Below the pieces are notes generated by a model that saw nothing but the letters and a program-made list of their open reading frames with translations, made no database searches and was not told the DNA's origin. A program made the position numbers and the translations under genes. A stretch of 64,000 nt of DNA. Origin: Octopus sinensis. Taxonomy: Eukaryota. Shown here one piece after another: positions 1 through 12,598 of the stretch (position 1 is its first letter; every line of letters starts with the position of its first letter). The stretch spans positions 104,470,001-104,534,000 of the forward strand of contig NC_042999.1 of NCBI RefSeq assembly GCF_006345805.1, given 5' to 3'.

Positions 1-207
<207 letters not shown>

Positions 208-394
208 GCTTACCTAGAGATACAGATGGACTGTTAAAGATGCAATAATAGTCAATTTGTTAAGTTATTTTAGCTACCTGCTCCAAGGTCAATAAGATTA
301 TTATAAATATCTGACGTATACTTATGTCAAGTACTTTATTCTGTTGATGCTCACTGTCTTTATGAATGCAAAATATTCATTTTTGGCTATATTT

Positions 395-433
395 GTGTGT
401 GTGTGTTTGTATATGCATGGGAACGTGTGTGTA

Positions 434-486
<53 letters not shown>

Positions 487-519
487 TATATATTGTGTGT
501 GTGTGTGTGTTTGTGTATA

Positions 520-575
<56 letters not shown>

Positions 576-612
576 GAGAGAGGGAGAGACAGATGGAGAG
601 TGAATGAGTGAG
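395..612. repeat. Compound (GT)n/(AT)n/(GA)n microsatellite
   Basis: Direct reading; explains the Ile/Tyr-rich ORFs here. Confidence 0.93.
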
Positions 613-1387
613 AGAGAGGTTTCCTGCTTGGGAGCATTTAGAGGTGTGTGTGAATCAGTGTGTTCAGAAACTCTCACACTCTATTTCACGCTAATACGTA
701 TATCTGTACATAAACGTACATGCAAACATTTACACACACACGTACACTCACTCATTCACTCGCACATACACACATATATATGTACATACATACACTTATC
801 TATATAACTTTTACACTCACAAATAGTGTGCATGAAAGGATGTGGGGGGCGGCGGGAAGGTTAAAAAATTTAAAACGAAGAAAGACGCAGAGATGAGACA
901 TGTCTAGGAGATACGAGCGACTCCCAATAATCCTGAAGAACAGTGGAAAGAGATGTGATGTTTAAATCAAAGGTCTAAATCGAAAACTTCAGTAATCTTC
1001 AAAGAAAATTATAAATAAAAGCCAGCAGTTTAAACCAATTGACTGTGGTCAGGTTTTAGACTTCTAGGCGACGATTCCTGACATGACCATGGCAGTTAAT
1101 TTTGTAGCTTCTTTGTGTCTAACCAATTCCATTGTTGTCCTTCTGAATGTCAAACAATCTGACTGAAAACTTTAGCAACCGGAATGGATGGAGTGTTGTT
1201 GTTGGTGTTGATGATGTTTGCTGCTCTTCGTTTCTTTCATTAGGTTTATTTGTTTGTTTGCTTGTTTGTTTGTCTGATTTTTAGTTGTTTGAATTTGGTT
1301 TTGGTTCTGTTTAGCGAATCTGCTGTGGCACCTTGCTGTCAAATTATAATTATTGTTGTCTCTTTGAAGAAATCGGTTTTATAAATG

Positions 1388-1526
1388 TACAACAGCAATA
1401 ATAACAACGACGTCGACGACGACGACGAGGAAAGCGACGACGAGGACGACCACAGAAACAACAAGAGCAACAACAACAGCAACCACACCAATGATGATGA
1501 TAATGATAATGATAATAATCATAATG

Positions 1527-1583
<57 letters not shown>

Positions 1584-1640
1584 GTAATAATAATAATGAT
1601 AATGATAATAATCATAATGATAATAATAATAATAATAATA

Positions 1641-1681
<41 letters not shown>

Positions 1682-1738
1682 GTGATGGTAATAATAATAA
1701 CAATAATGGTAATAATAATAATGTTAATAATAATAATA

Positions 1739-1792
<54 letters not shown>

Positions 1793-1797
1793 GTAAT
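1388..1797. repeat. Compound trinucleotide repeat (AAC/GAC) grading into (AAT)n
   Basis: Direct reading. Confidence 0.95.
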
Positions 1798-3640
1798 TTT
1801 TCTCTATTTAACCACAAGAATTCAAAGAGATACAGAAAACGGACAGAAACGTTAAACAGAGGTCTTACAAATATGTCGGAATGGTACGAAGAAATTATAC
1901 AATGGGGAGAAGAAGGGTAAATGACGTTATATACTATATAATTTCGAAGAATTAAACATTAGAAATAAACACAAAAATTATACAGAAATAAAATATATAA
2001 CGAAACGCTGTAATTAGAGCAAGCAATATAAATGAAAAACTAAATCTCCACTTCCATTGATCAGGTACCTCGCATTCAGATTACGCTTCCAGTGTATTTT
2101 CTTCTTGTATTATTCTTGGCTGCCTCCACCTCGCACGACATCGGTTCCCTTTCACATTAGAAGACTTCCGTATTTTTAATAGCTTTTCCGTTGGTTCTTT
2201 TTGCGTTCTTTTAAAAGAAATCTGCTTTCCCCCCAACGGACTTTGCCAGGTCCCCATCCTCGCAAGTGTATGGGGTGGTGCTGTTACGAGGGGGTACTTT
2301 CTGGTCGTTTAGTGTTAGCTGTTGTTGCTGGAGAAGACTCAAGGCAATGAGGACGGAGCAATTTCATTTGCCGACTCACGAGTTATGCCTGTCGTTGCCC
2401 AAAGATCGACAATCTCTAAGAATCATTGTTGCTATATTCTTTTAGCTTGGTTTTGCTACATGTTGGTTCATCTACTTTGGATGCTGACCTTTAAGATTTT
2501 ATTCTTAGTACTTTTTGCAGTACATAATTCTAGTATTATTTTATGACCTTATAGGGCCATCAGGACTTGTATGTCCATGGTGATCCCACACGACCGCCTA
2601 TTGTCATATGTTACATCTGCACTGGACACCATATTGCCCTTATTCTGCCATATTCTGCAGAATGTGCCCTCATTTGGCTATAAAGGTGACTATTAGTCAA
2701 GGGTCAATATCATCACCAATATTCTGAATGCGACTCTTGCGCTTCTTCCAAAATAGCGCGGAACCAGCTTATAGGCTGGTGTTTGCGTGCAATTTGGACT
2801 TGTGCATTCGCCTAGTTACTTGTTTCAAATACAATACATATTTGCTACACATCCTCACTTTCCAAATCTAAGATTTTCAAATAAATCTCTGCCAGAGCTG
2901 TATCCATTTCTTGTCTAGATGAAATAAGACAACTTCTTGTGTTCTTCGCGAAGAACACAAGAGTTGACTATTATTCTCGGCTGTTTCCACCTCGCACGAC
3001 ATTGGTTTCCTTTCACATTATCATATTTCTTTTTCAGCGAAGAGAGTTTCTTTTTCACTGGAGGTGTAACGCATTACGCATTTTTAACAGCCTTTGTTTT
3101 TGATTGTTTTCCGTTTGTTCTTTTGTGCTTTCTTCAGTTGAATGTAGAACTCTGACGTCCAGTTCGATACAAAAAATGTCAGCTTTCGATCTTTTGTCAA
3201 AATGCTTTATATTGAAAAACTCCTCTGTTCGAAAGAACACATTCGCTATCCGTGTTCCCATTTGTGGTAGAACGTGTATGTATACTGCTGTTGTTGACAA
3301 TCGGTGTAGTTAAAATGCATGTTTTCTTTTAATTCGTGTTTACTATTAAATATTTTTGAGTTGTAATTAAATATTGTCCTGTTGTTTGTTTGTCTTCTAT
3401 GTATGCAAAATGTTTTATTTTGTACATTTACAGTTTTCTTTTTGTAGGAGTGGAATGAAAAGAAAAATATACTGTGTCTAAAAATCTCGTTTTTCTTTTG
3501 TCGACACCCGCAAGGGTGAGTTTTCAACCTGGAGGAAGTTATCTGTATGCAAGTATTTTTGGTAAAAGCTCTGTTTCCACTTGTAAAACCTATATATCCA
3601 GAAGAGAGTTTTGAAAAGAGTTTACATTTGTCTGCAGTGA

Positions 3641-3718
3641 ATAATAACAATAATGGTAGTGGTGATGATGTTGATAATGATGATGATGTTGATAATAATA
3701 ATAATAATAATAATAATA

Positions 3719-3751
<33 letters not shown>

Positions 3752-3785
3752 TAATAATAATACTAATAATAATATCAACAATGAT
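3641..3785. repeat. (AAT/GAT)n microsatellite
   Basis: Direct reading; abuts the 5' end of the Dong/R4 fossil. Confidence 0.93.
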
Positions 3786-3799
3786 ATAAAATCTTATTT

Positions 3800-6170
3800 G
3801 AGAGCTAGAAGTAAAGGTTGCGGTGTTGGTGGGAGAATGCTTATAAACTGGAATGATATGCTGGAGTTGATAGAAAATACGTTAATGAACCAAGCACGAA
3901 TAGTCTAAAGAAGAGGTTGGCTAACACCAGTTGAAATAAGGAGTGTATAGAAATAAATTCAACGTTGTGATGATGCTGGTTGGAGAAAGAACGAGTAAAG
4001 ACATAGTGTGCAAGTTGAATAGTTAAATGAAAATAGCATGAGCTGTATGGAAAGAAATGAGATTGATGCAGAGGTGGAAAATAACAAAAATTATTAACAA
4101 TGATTATGGGTTTGACAATAGTAAGCTTTTAAGTAAAATACATGCAAATGATACGACTGTAGAAAAATTTGTGATACCCGAAAATTTAGGTCGTATGAGG
4201 CAAAATATTTTGATATGATTAAACGAAATTCTTTATTAGAAACTATCAGAAGAAAGCTCCTAGCCGAAACGAAAAAAGTTGATGTTACATTAGAATTTGT
4301 TATAACTACAGACAGACATTACTAACATCAGTAATTTTAACCTGGATTGTATGATGGAAAAGGCGGACTGAATGTGACAGAAATATAATTAGAAAAGAAT
4401 TACTCAGTTGAAAGCTGGAACAAAAGTAATTTATGAAAATAAAACAAGTCGTAATTTGAAAGGATGTACAACATAAATAATTTACTTTAGTGATAAAAAT
4501 GATCTAACAAAGAATATGCTCAAAATCAACTAAAATACTTATTACACTGAGAGAGCAACTAAATGTGAGCAAAACAGTCTTTTTGGATGAAATCAGACAC
4601 AGTTTTTTCATACCATTTGAGGAGGCACAGTGGAAACATTTATATAAAAGGCAGGGATAAGCAACAACATTTTGGACAGAAGTTTTAAATATGCAACGAA
4701 GAACGGTTCAGAACACTTTAAACGGAACCAAAAAGGGCAGAGAAACAAGAACCGATCACTTTAACATAAGACAATGTCCTGCAGCAAATAAAGATGCTTC
4801 CAAATTGGAAAAAATCCAAGATCAGATGAGATCAATGCTTCTGTATAAAACGTTCTAGATCCTTACATAGCCAATTCAGAAATTAGCCAAATGTGTATGC
4901 AACATGACGAAGTGTACCGGAGTAGATTGTCGTGAAAAACCAACACTGAAAATGAAAACTTGAACGAAGGGAAAGTTGAGGGAAATGATCGACCAGCATC
5001 AATCTGCCATAGAAGTTACTAACATGCATTTTCCCCCAAGACAATGTAATTATTTGGTGCAGAACAAATCATAAGGTACTGAACAGTAAGTATGCAGAAA
5101 GCATTCAAAAGGCACCAAAGATAATTTGATCATTGACAAAGCAGTGTTGAAGCGATGATAGGCCAGTGTGTTCACGGTGTGAAGTAATCCCTAAAAATCT
5201 CACAGCATTCTTGGATTGTGGTGCCACTTAGAATGTTTGGCATAATTGAAAAACCCCATTAACATCCTCAGTACTCGTGTGACACACTGGTAAATGAAAT
5301 GTTGAACAGGAAATCACTGAGAAGCTTAGCTGTTAAAACTGGTACCTTCCAGGTTGAATATTTTTACCACCTGTTAATTGCTATCGCACTAATAACTATC
5401 GTAATGACACTTAGGAAAGTCAAGATGGGCCTCAAATTGAGAAGAAACCTACCGTCTCAAATTCATTTGATCTTCGGGGATGATTTTAAAATATTTGCAA
5501 AGTCTGAAGAAGAGATCTATTCCTTTGTTAACACTGAAAAGTTGTGTTGCAATAATATTGGAATGAAGTTTGGTATATCGATGTGTGGAACTTTAGATAA
5601 GAAGGGAGAGAGAGAGAGAGGGAGAGAGAGATAGAGAGAGAGAAAGAGAGAAGAGAGAAAGAAAGTGCCTATTTTATTGAAATGAATTTATTAGAAGAAC
5701 GAACGGATCATATAGTCTGATGGCAATAGATATAACTATTTAGGCATACTGGAACCCGATGGTATTATGTATAAGATAATGAAGGAAAGAGCGAAAACTC
5801 TATATTTGAATAGGTGAAAGCTTGTATTGAAGTACAAACTTCAAAGAACTTGATAAATGCGATCAATACATGGAAAAGCATCGTTGTGCATAATGGTACT
5901 GGAATAATGAATTGGACGAAAGATGAAATAGATGCATTAGACAGAAAAACCCTAATTATGAAGAGAGTGCTTCATCCATAAGCAAATGTTAGTCGTTTAT
6001 AGATGAAGCAGAAGATTGGAGAAAGGAGGCTTATTAGCATTGTGAATAGTTATAACAGTAGTTAGTAAATGGCTATCGTGCAAAGAGGAAAGAAGTCTCT
6101 AAATATGCTGAAATAGAACTTCGATTTATTTCTGTTGAAGCAAATGCTGTGGCATGGACAGTTCAACAGA
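3800..6170 (+). mobile_element. Degenerate, internally deleted Dong/R4-clade non-LTR retrotransposon
   Basis: Collinear frameshifted motifs: IENTLMNQARIV*RRGWL (~3870-3925), GTKDNLIIDKAVL (5111-5149), HLIFGDDFKIFAKSEEEI (RT catalytic region, ORF 5299-5634), YNYLGILEPD (5731-5760), NLINAINTW (5847-5873), LHP*ANVSRL, HGQF (~6150); homologous to the protein at 9250-10800. Confidence 0.8.
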
Positions 6171-6354
6171 CTGCTCCTATATTAGTTTGTCGAACCAGAA
6201 AGGATGAAAGACAAATCTAGTTTTGACAAGATTTGAGTTCACATCTTAAAGAGTCGAAACAAATGCCGCAAAGCATTTTGTCCGACACTCTAGTGATTCT
6301 GCCAATATACCACTCTTGTAGAGCGAAATATTATATAATCTTTTCTACTAAAGG

Positions 6355-6465
6355 CACAAAGCCTGAAATTTTGGGGAGTACTAGTCAATTACATCGACAC
6401 CAGTGTTTTACTGGTACTTAATTTATCGACCCCGAAAGTATGAAAAGCAAAGTCGACCTCGGGGG
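6355..6465 (-). mobile_element. SINE family A fragment (CORE-like)
   Basis: Reverse complement of the gtcgactttgcttttcatactttcggggtcgataaattaagtaccag core seen in other family A copies. Confidence 0.72.
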
Positions 6466-7689
6466 AAGAGCGAAATAGTAATATTCAAAACATTCTCAGT
6501 CAGGACTGATACGGAGCGAAGTGGTTGTAAAAGAGAAAAAAGAAAGAAAATAGCATGTTGTAGCGCTCATGCATCGTTTCCAAAAATATTCACGTGTAAA
6601 ATAAATGAATAAATAAAATTAGTTTCAGATGGCAGCTTATAAATCCTAGTTGAAATTATTTTGCATCATTTACGTTTGAAATGTCCTTACGAAAAGTAAG
6701 ACGCCAATAACTGCCCTATTTTACAGTTACCACTAAAAAAGAAAAGAAAACGGCATTTTTGTATCTACTTAGTCAAAAAGAAAATCCACTATCAATTAAG
6801 CCCTTTTCCCTGAAGCAAAATCTAAATTCATCAACATATAAAAGGGTTTGCGTGAATGATTGTATTAGAATAGGATTTAACATTTTGTAGAAGAAAAATT
6901 CAATTTGTTAAAAAGTGATTTCCTTTATATTGCAGATAACCATAGTTTGTATTTTTTTCTCTCGGAATCTTGGAATTTCAAATTCTTCTCAACGAACGAA
7001 GATTGTGACTTGAAATCGAGATCAGTTGTATTTTTTGTTTATTGTGTTAATCTTTATTTTATACCAATCTAAAATCAAAATGTAGCATATAATATAATAT
7101 AACAGAAGGAAATTGAAACCAAAATAATATGCAATCAATAACGTTGGATTTGAGTGACAATAGGTAACAAATAAAAAATCAACCAAAAAGTTGCATTTGA
7201 ACAGAATCAAATATTGAAGCAGGCATCATTGTTAAGTCGACCTTCAGTTGTTGATAAAATGCTACGTGTAACTTGTTGGTTTGGAAGGCTGGAAATATAG
7301 GATTAGATTAAACTCGAAAATGATACAAAATCTAAAGAAGAAAAAAAATACGGAAAATGGGAGGAAATGCATTAAAAAAAACACCTATCTAAACCTTAAA
7401 AAATCTGATAATTGGAAGAAAGGTCACGAAATAAAATTAATAGAAAAAGAGAAAAAATATTGCAATAATAAGTATAAAACAAATGATTTGAAAAGGAAGT
7501 GAATGAACAACCGTAGAAAAGCCTTTGCAATATTGATTTCTTCATTTGTCGAAAGGGCATCAGTTTGAAAGAAGTATATCATACAATAAATGACTTTCCC
7601 CCATATAAAAAAAGAAACAAAAATAGGCAAAGGCAGGATTACATGATTTTTTTGTAAGAATTATTATTAGTTTGAAACAGTGATTATTA

Positions 7690-8128
7690 ATAAGAAGTGG
7701 ATTGGCAGAATCGTTAAAGAAATGTGTTTCGGTTCTTTAAGCTTTGAGCTCAGATCCAGCAGTGATACGTTTTGTCACTTATCCTTTTGGGGTCGATAAA
7801 TTAAACAATTGACTACCGAGATCGATGTAATCGATTAATCTCTCCCTGATAAATTACTAGATTTGTGCGTTTATTAGAAACTAATATTGTTGACAAGATA
7901 AACTATTGGGGAGTCGACTAACCACCTTTCCCTCCAAATTACTGGTCGTGTGTCTTATGGTATTTCTTCCTGTTTTACTTTTTGATTTCAAGTGCCGCTG
8001 TGGCCGACTTTTTCTTATCATCCTTACGAAGTTGATAAAATAAGTACCAATTGAGCAATGGGGAGGATGTTACAACTAGTCCCTTTCCCCAAATTCTCCG
8101 GCCTTGTGCCTATAGTAGAAAGGATTAT
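7690..8128 (+). mobile_element. Two tandem degenerate SINE family A copies
   Basis: Two cores (atccttttggggtcgataaa; atccttacgaagttgataaaataagtacc); second ends ccttgtgcctatagtagaaaggattattatt. Confidence 0.72.
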
Positions 8129-8138
8129 TATTATTATT

Positions 8139-8695
8139 GAGTGAGAGAGCAGTGCATGCCATCAAAGTGACACTGGGGTAAAATATACGAAGCCCAGTAT
8201 ACCCATCATGACTACCCGTCTGATAAGGGTACACCAGGCACATGCATTACAACCATATGTGCGCGACATGGTGATCTCATATCAAGATAAACAGCACATG
8301 ACCTTGCAGGTGGGGCCCAGTTAGAATTTTCTTCAGGTCGAGTAACCCATGCCACTCGAAAGGTCCCTGAATAAGGGTTGTTCAAGGGTGTTGAACGAAA
8401 CACCCATGTTTCCAGAGGTGAATTACTCAAACCCCAAAGAATCCCTCTCAACACATGGCTGTGATGCTCCCCCACTACTTCTGCTCGTGATCAGAGATGC
8501 ACATATCGTCAGCCACTAAGGGACATGCTCAACTGGTTAAGGTCAAACAACTGACAAACAAATCTGTGGTATTGAGCAGAATATTTGCTGTAGCCCATCT
8601 TTTATACCAAGACAAAACAATGTACATGATAACACTTCCAATCAGTTAAGATCAGAAGCCATGAGAGCCACTGTCTGGTACTGCATCAGTGCATT
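8139..8695 (-). mobile_element. About 557-bp non-coding element inserted in (ATT)n; putative non-autonomous retroelement
   Basis: Flanked by (ATT)n on both sides; its minus-strand end ...gtgtcactttgatggcatgcactgctctctcactc(AAT)n recurs alone at 30106-30140 inside (AAT)n. Confidence 0.7.
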
Positions 8696-8718
8696 TATTA
8701 TTATTATTATTATTATTA

Positions 8719-8929
8719 AAGGCGGTGAGCTGGTAGAGTCGTTAGTACGCAAAACAAAATGCTTTGCATCATTTCGTCTGACTTTGTGCTCTCAATACAA
8801 ATTCCGCTGAGGTCGAATTTCATCCTTTCGGGGTCGATAAATGAAATGCCAGTGAAACACTGGGGTCAATGTAATCGACTAGTTCCTTCCCCACAAATTT
8901 CAGACCTTGTGCTTTTAATAGAAAGGATT
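8719..8929 (+). mobile_element. SINE family A, full length
   Basis: aaggcggtgagctggtagagtcgttag head, ctttcggggtcgataaa core, gaaaggattatt tail. Confidence 0.85.
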
Positions 8930-8958
8930 ATTATTATTATTGTTGTTGTTGCTATTAC

Positions 8959-9034
<76 letters not shown>

Positions 9035-9068
9035 GTTGTTGTTGTTGTTGTTGTTATTATTATTATTA
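8930..9068. repeat. (ATT)n/(GTT)n microsatellite shared by SINE and LINE tails
   Basis: Direct reading. Confidence 0.95.
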
Positions 9069-11018
9069 CTTTTTTTTCTTCTTTCAAATTTGCTTCCATT
9101 TCTTGCCGAGTGTCTTCCCGACACCTAGGGCAAAGAAACTCATAGTATATAGTGGTAGGCCATTAAACCAAACTCAGTAGTTTGTTAATTTTTTTTAATT
9201 TTTTTTTTAAAGTTAAATTTAAATTAAAATACATGAGCAGCAACAGTTCTCACATCGACAATGCTCTTCTCAATACGTGTGATGTACCAGTTAAGACAAT
9301 CTTTTGCACTTCTTGCAGGGATGGTAAGCCAGGGATCATTCTCATATAATTTTCGGTTCCCTTCTTGATCATTCCTAGTGCTCCTACGATCACTGGTATT
9401 GTAACCGCCTTGAGATGCCACATTTTCTCAATTTCAATGAGTAGGTCTTTATATTTTCTGAGCTTGTCAAACTCTTTCGCTGAGATATTATGATCACAGG
9501 GGATGCTCATGTCGATCAATAAGCAAACTTTATTGTTTTGGTCTTTCACAACAATATCTGGTTTATTGGCCTGGATGGTTCGGTCTGTATGTACTGGAAA
9601 GTCCTACAGAATGGTTACATTTTCTCCTTCAGTTACAGCCTCAGGGTGGTGATTATACCACTTGTCGGCAGTTTTGATATTGTAATGCCGACTTATTAGC
9701 CAGTGGAGATATTGGCCAACTCTGTCATGTCTTAATTTATACTCCACTGGTGCTAAGACTTTACATCCAGAGATTAGGTGGTCCACTGTTTCAATCATGT
9801 CGTTGCAGAATCGGCATTTTGGGTCTGCTCCATTTTTCATCACATTGGCCTGGTAGTTCCGGGTTAATAGGCTTTGGTCTTGAGCAGCCAGGATGAAACC
9901 TTCGCTCTCTGCTTTTAGCCCTGAGCTCCGCAGCCACTGATGGGTTTGCTTCTGGTCAACATCAGCTTGTTTGCTGCGGGTCACATATTTGCCGTGCAGA
10001 GGTTTCTCCTCCCACCTATCAGCCAATTGCTCGTGCGCTTTTTTCATTGCCATCATTTTCACCTTCTTTGCAACAATAGTTGCCGTACTTCCCTCGGGTT
10101 GTTCAGTTTGGGTATCCTGCACGAGATCAATAGCAAATTTTTTGCTTTCCTTGATGATAGAATGAAACTTCTTTCGTCTCTCGTGATTTTCCACGAGCTT
10201 TAGCATCCAGTCATTCGATATTTCGAGATATTTGGCCAGTCCAATTGTGGTTGTTTTGTAAGCTAGTTCAAATTGGATCAGGCCTCGACCTCCTTGGGCT
10301 CTGGGAAGGTAAAGGCGATCTACGTCTGCCTTTGGGTGGTGCATCCTATTACAACTCAGCAGCTTGCGTATTTTCCTATCTATATTCTTTACTTCACTCA
10401 TATTCCAGTTCAACACATTGTAGCTATAAGTAACAACTGGAACTGCTAAGGAATTTATAGCTAACACCTTGTTACGTGCATTTAGTTCAGATTTCAGCAC
10501 TGCACGAACTCTCCTATAACATTCCTTCCTGATTTTCTCTTTCATGCTTGCATGCTGAATACCAGAGCCTTCATTTATCCCTAAATATTTGTATGTTTGT
10601 TCTTGCTCAAGCTCTCTTATGACTGTGTAAACATCTAACACGACTGAATTTGTGGTCTTCACTTTCCCTTTCTGGAAAGTGGCCTTGGCACACTTCTCAA
10701 GTCCAAACTCCATCCCGATGTCATCGCTGAATGCTTTCACGGTGCGCAATAGGCCTTCAAGTTCATTATTGTCTTTACCATAAAGTTTTAAGTCATCCAT
10801 ATAAAATAGATGGCTTATTTTTTTATTGGCAATTTTATACCCATACCCTGTTCTGTTTAATTCACTTGTAAGGGGTATTAGGGCTATGCAGAATATTAAA
10901 GGTGAAAGTCACCTTGAAAAATTCCACAGTTGATGTTTATATTTTCTGAGGCAAGTACTTCATTAGAGTGGTATAATTGGAGATTCGTATTCCACAACGA
11001 CATATTGTGCTTTAGGAA

Positions 11019-11022
<4 letters not shown>
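9069..11022 (-). mobile_element. 5'-truncated young Dong/R4-clade LINE (RT plus restriction-like endonuclease) in (AAT)n
   Basis: GIFQGD, FYMDDLKLY, YKYLG, CRFC..ETVDHLISGC zinc knuckle, NKPDIVV..LLIDMSIP and KLRKYKDL endonuclease motifs; about 180-bp 3' UTR ending in (AAT)n; 5' end abuts (AAT)n. Confidence 0.95.
9250..10800 (-). pseudogene. Disrupted LINE ORF (RT C-terminal half, CCHC knuckle, REL endonuclease)
   Basis: ORFs 9604-10800 and 9250-9549 are in frame, separated by one TAG at the usual Trp of ILWDF (9604-9606) plus 18 open codons; one frameshift near 10907 in GDSLSP. Confidence 0.9.
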
Positions 11023-11072
<50 letters not shown>

Positions 11073-11093
11073 TACTATTATTATTATTATTTT

Positions 11094-11310
11094 ACTATCT
11101 TCTTCTTTCAAATTTGCTTCCATTTCTTGCCGAGTGTCTTCCCGACTCCTAGGGCAAAGAAACTCATAGTATATATTGGTAGACCATTAAACTAAACTCA
11201 ATAGTTCGTTTTTTTTTTTTAAAGTTAAAAAACTATTACTACATGGGTAGTAATAGTTCTCACAGCGACAATGCTCTTCTCAATACGTGTGATGTACCAG
11301 TTAAGACAAT
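11094..11310 (-). mobile_element. Short 3' end copy of the same Dong/R4 LINE
   Basis: Near-identical to 9069-9300 (cttctttcaaatttgcttccatttcttgccgagtgtcttcccgac...caatacgtgtgatgtaccagttaagacaat). Confidence 0.92.
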
Positions 11311-11441
11311 TTCTTCTTCTTCTTCTTTCTTCTTCTTCTTCTTCTTCTTCTTCTTCTTCTTCTTCTCTTCTTCTTCTTCTTCTTCTTCTTCTTCTTCTTC
11401 TTCTTCTTCTTCTTCTTCTTCTTCTTCTTCTTCTTCTTCTT

Positions 11442-11472
<31 letters not shown>

Positions 11473-11502
11473 TTATTATTATTATTATTATCATCATCAT
11501 TC
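11311..11502. repeat. (TTC)n-(TTA)n-(TCA)n compound microsatellite
   Basis: Direct reading. Confidence 0.95.
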
Positions 11503-11860
11503 AGTAGTCTTATTTTTATCATGTTCTTTCACTGCACTACCTAGCTCAATTTTGTGTATCTTGGATATGTACTGTGGTTTATTTTGGTGTTCTTATTTTT
11601 ACTGTATTAAAAGTGCTTTACGCAGGATTTGTGCTATTAGTGCTTTTTTTCTGTCCTGGGAGTTTGCTTATGTATTTGTAATATATGCTTTTATTCAACC
11701 ATAATCTATCTATTATTATAAAGATTATTTCTGGTTTTAGGCGTCACATTCGGGTTATCCCTGTTTCCAGATTTTTGTATTTTGAGTTTCCCCGTTTCTT
11801 TTAGAAATGCATTGTCATCTATTGGGATTGATGCATCAATTAGAAGGCATTTTTTATTTG
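11503..11860 (-). mobile_element. Older, diverged Dong/R4 3' fragment
   Basis: NKKCLLIDASIPIDDNAFLKE, then shifted KYKNLETGITRM and AQILRKAL; matches the C-terminus of the 9250-9549 protein; 5' end abuts (TCA)n 11861-11903. Confidence 0.7.
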
Positions 11861-11903
<43 letters not shown>

Positions 11904-11904
11904 T

Positions 11905-12120
11905 ACGAGCAGGAAAAGTCGTGAGAACGCCGAATAAAATGCTTAGCGGCATTTAGTCCGCCTATGTGTTCAGAATTCAAATTCCTCCGGGCTTGACTTT
12001 ACCTTTCATCCTTTCGGGGCCAAGGAAATAAATACAAGTTGTGCACTGAAGTCGATGTTACCGACAAGCCCATCAACCAATATTTCAGATCTTGTGCCTA
12101 TAATTTAACGGAATTATTAT
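11905..12120 (+). mobile_element. SINE family A, degenerate
   Basis: ttgactttacctttcatcctttcggggcc core; tail cttgtgcctataatttaacggaattatt. Confidence 0.7.
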
Positions 12121-12598
12121 TATCAGTAGGTGGTGTCATTTGCGTTGGCCGTACGTCGCATAGGCTTCTGAAGGTTTGTTAAATTTTATTGAAAACAATT
12201 TGACTACTGTAGCAAATTTTTGTTAAAACTTTAATTAAGGACCTCTACTTCACTTAGAGAAGAGAGGAACTGCCAAATTGTGATCTAAAGGGAACAATTA
12301 TTGTAACATTTTATTTGCTGTCATCTGTTTTATTTCTTGTTTGGAATTATGGTGTTGGTAAGGCACGCTAACAGATTCAACGCGGATGCACAAGGAAAAT
12401 CTTCTCTTAGCACTTTCAGCTTCATGGGAGAATATTTACACCACAGCATTATCAACAATGGTAACAACAGAGGTAAAAAAAACTAACGTTTTTAAAAACA
12501 CGAGCATCAACGACATCATCAGTAACAAAAGTGACAGCAACAACAACAAAGTAGCAGCAGCAGCAATAACAATAACAATGATAATAACAACAGTAACA

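Noticed and set aside
366-807. ORFs rich in Ile/Tyr, MYVC, poly-Leu or poly-Asn here and throughout the window
   Set aside because: They are translations of TA, CATA, TCTA and AAT microsatellites
8600-8695. Possible HDV-like ribozyme at the 5' end of the 557-bp element (GACAGUG can pair with CAUUGUU)
   Set aside because: No 7-nt L3, no GG for P1.1 and no P2/J4/2 could be placed
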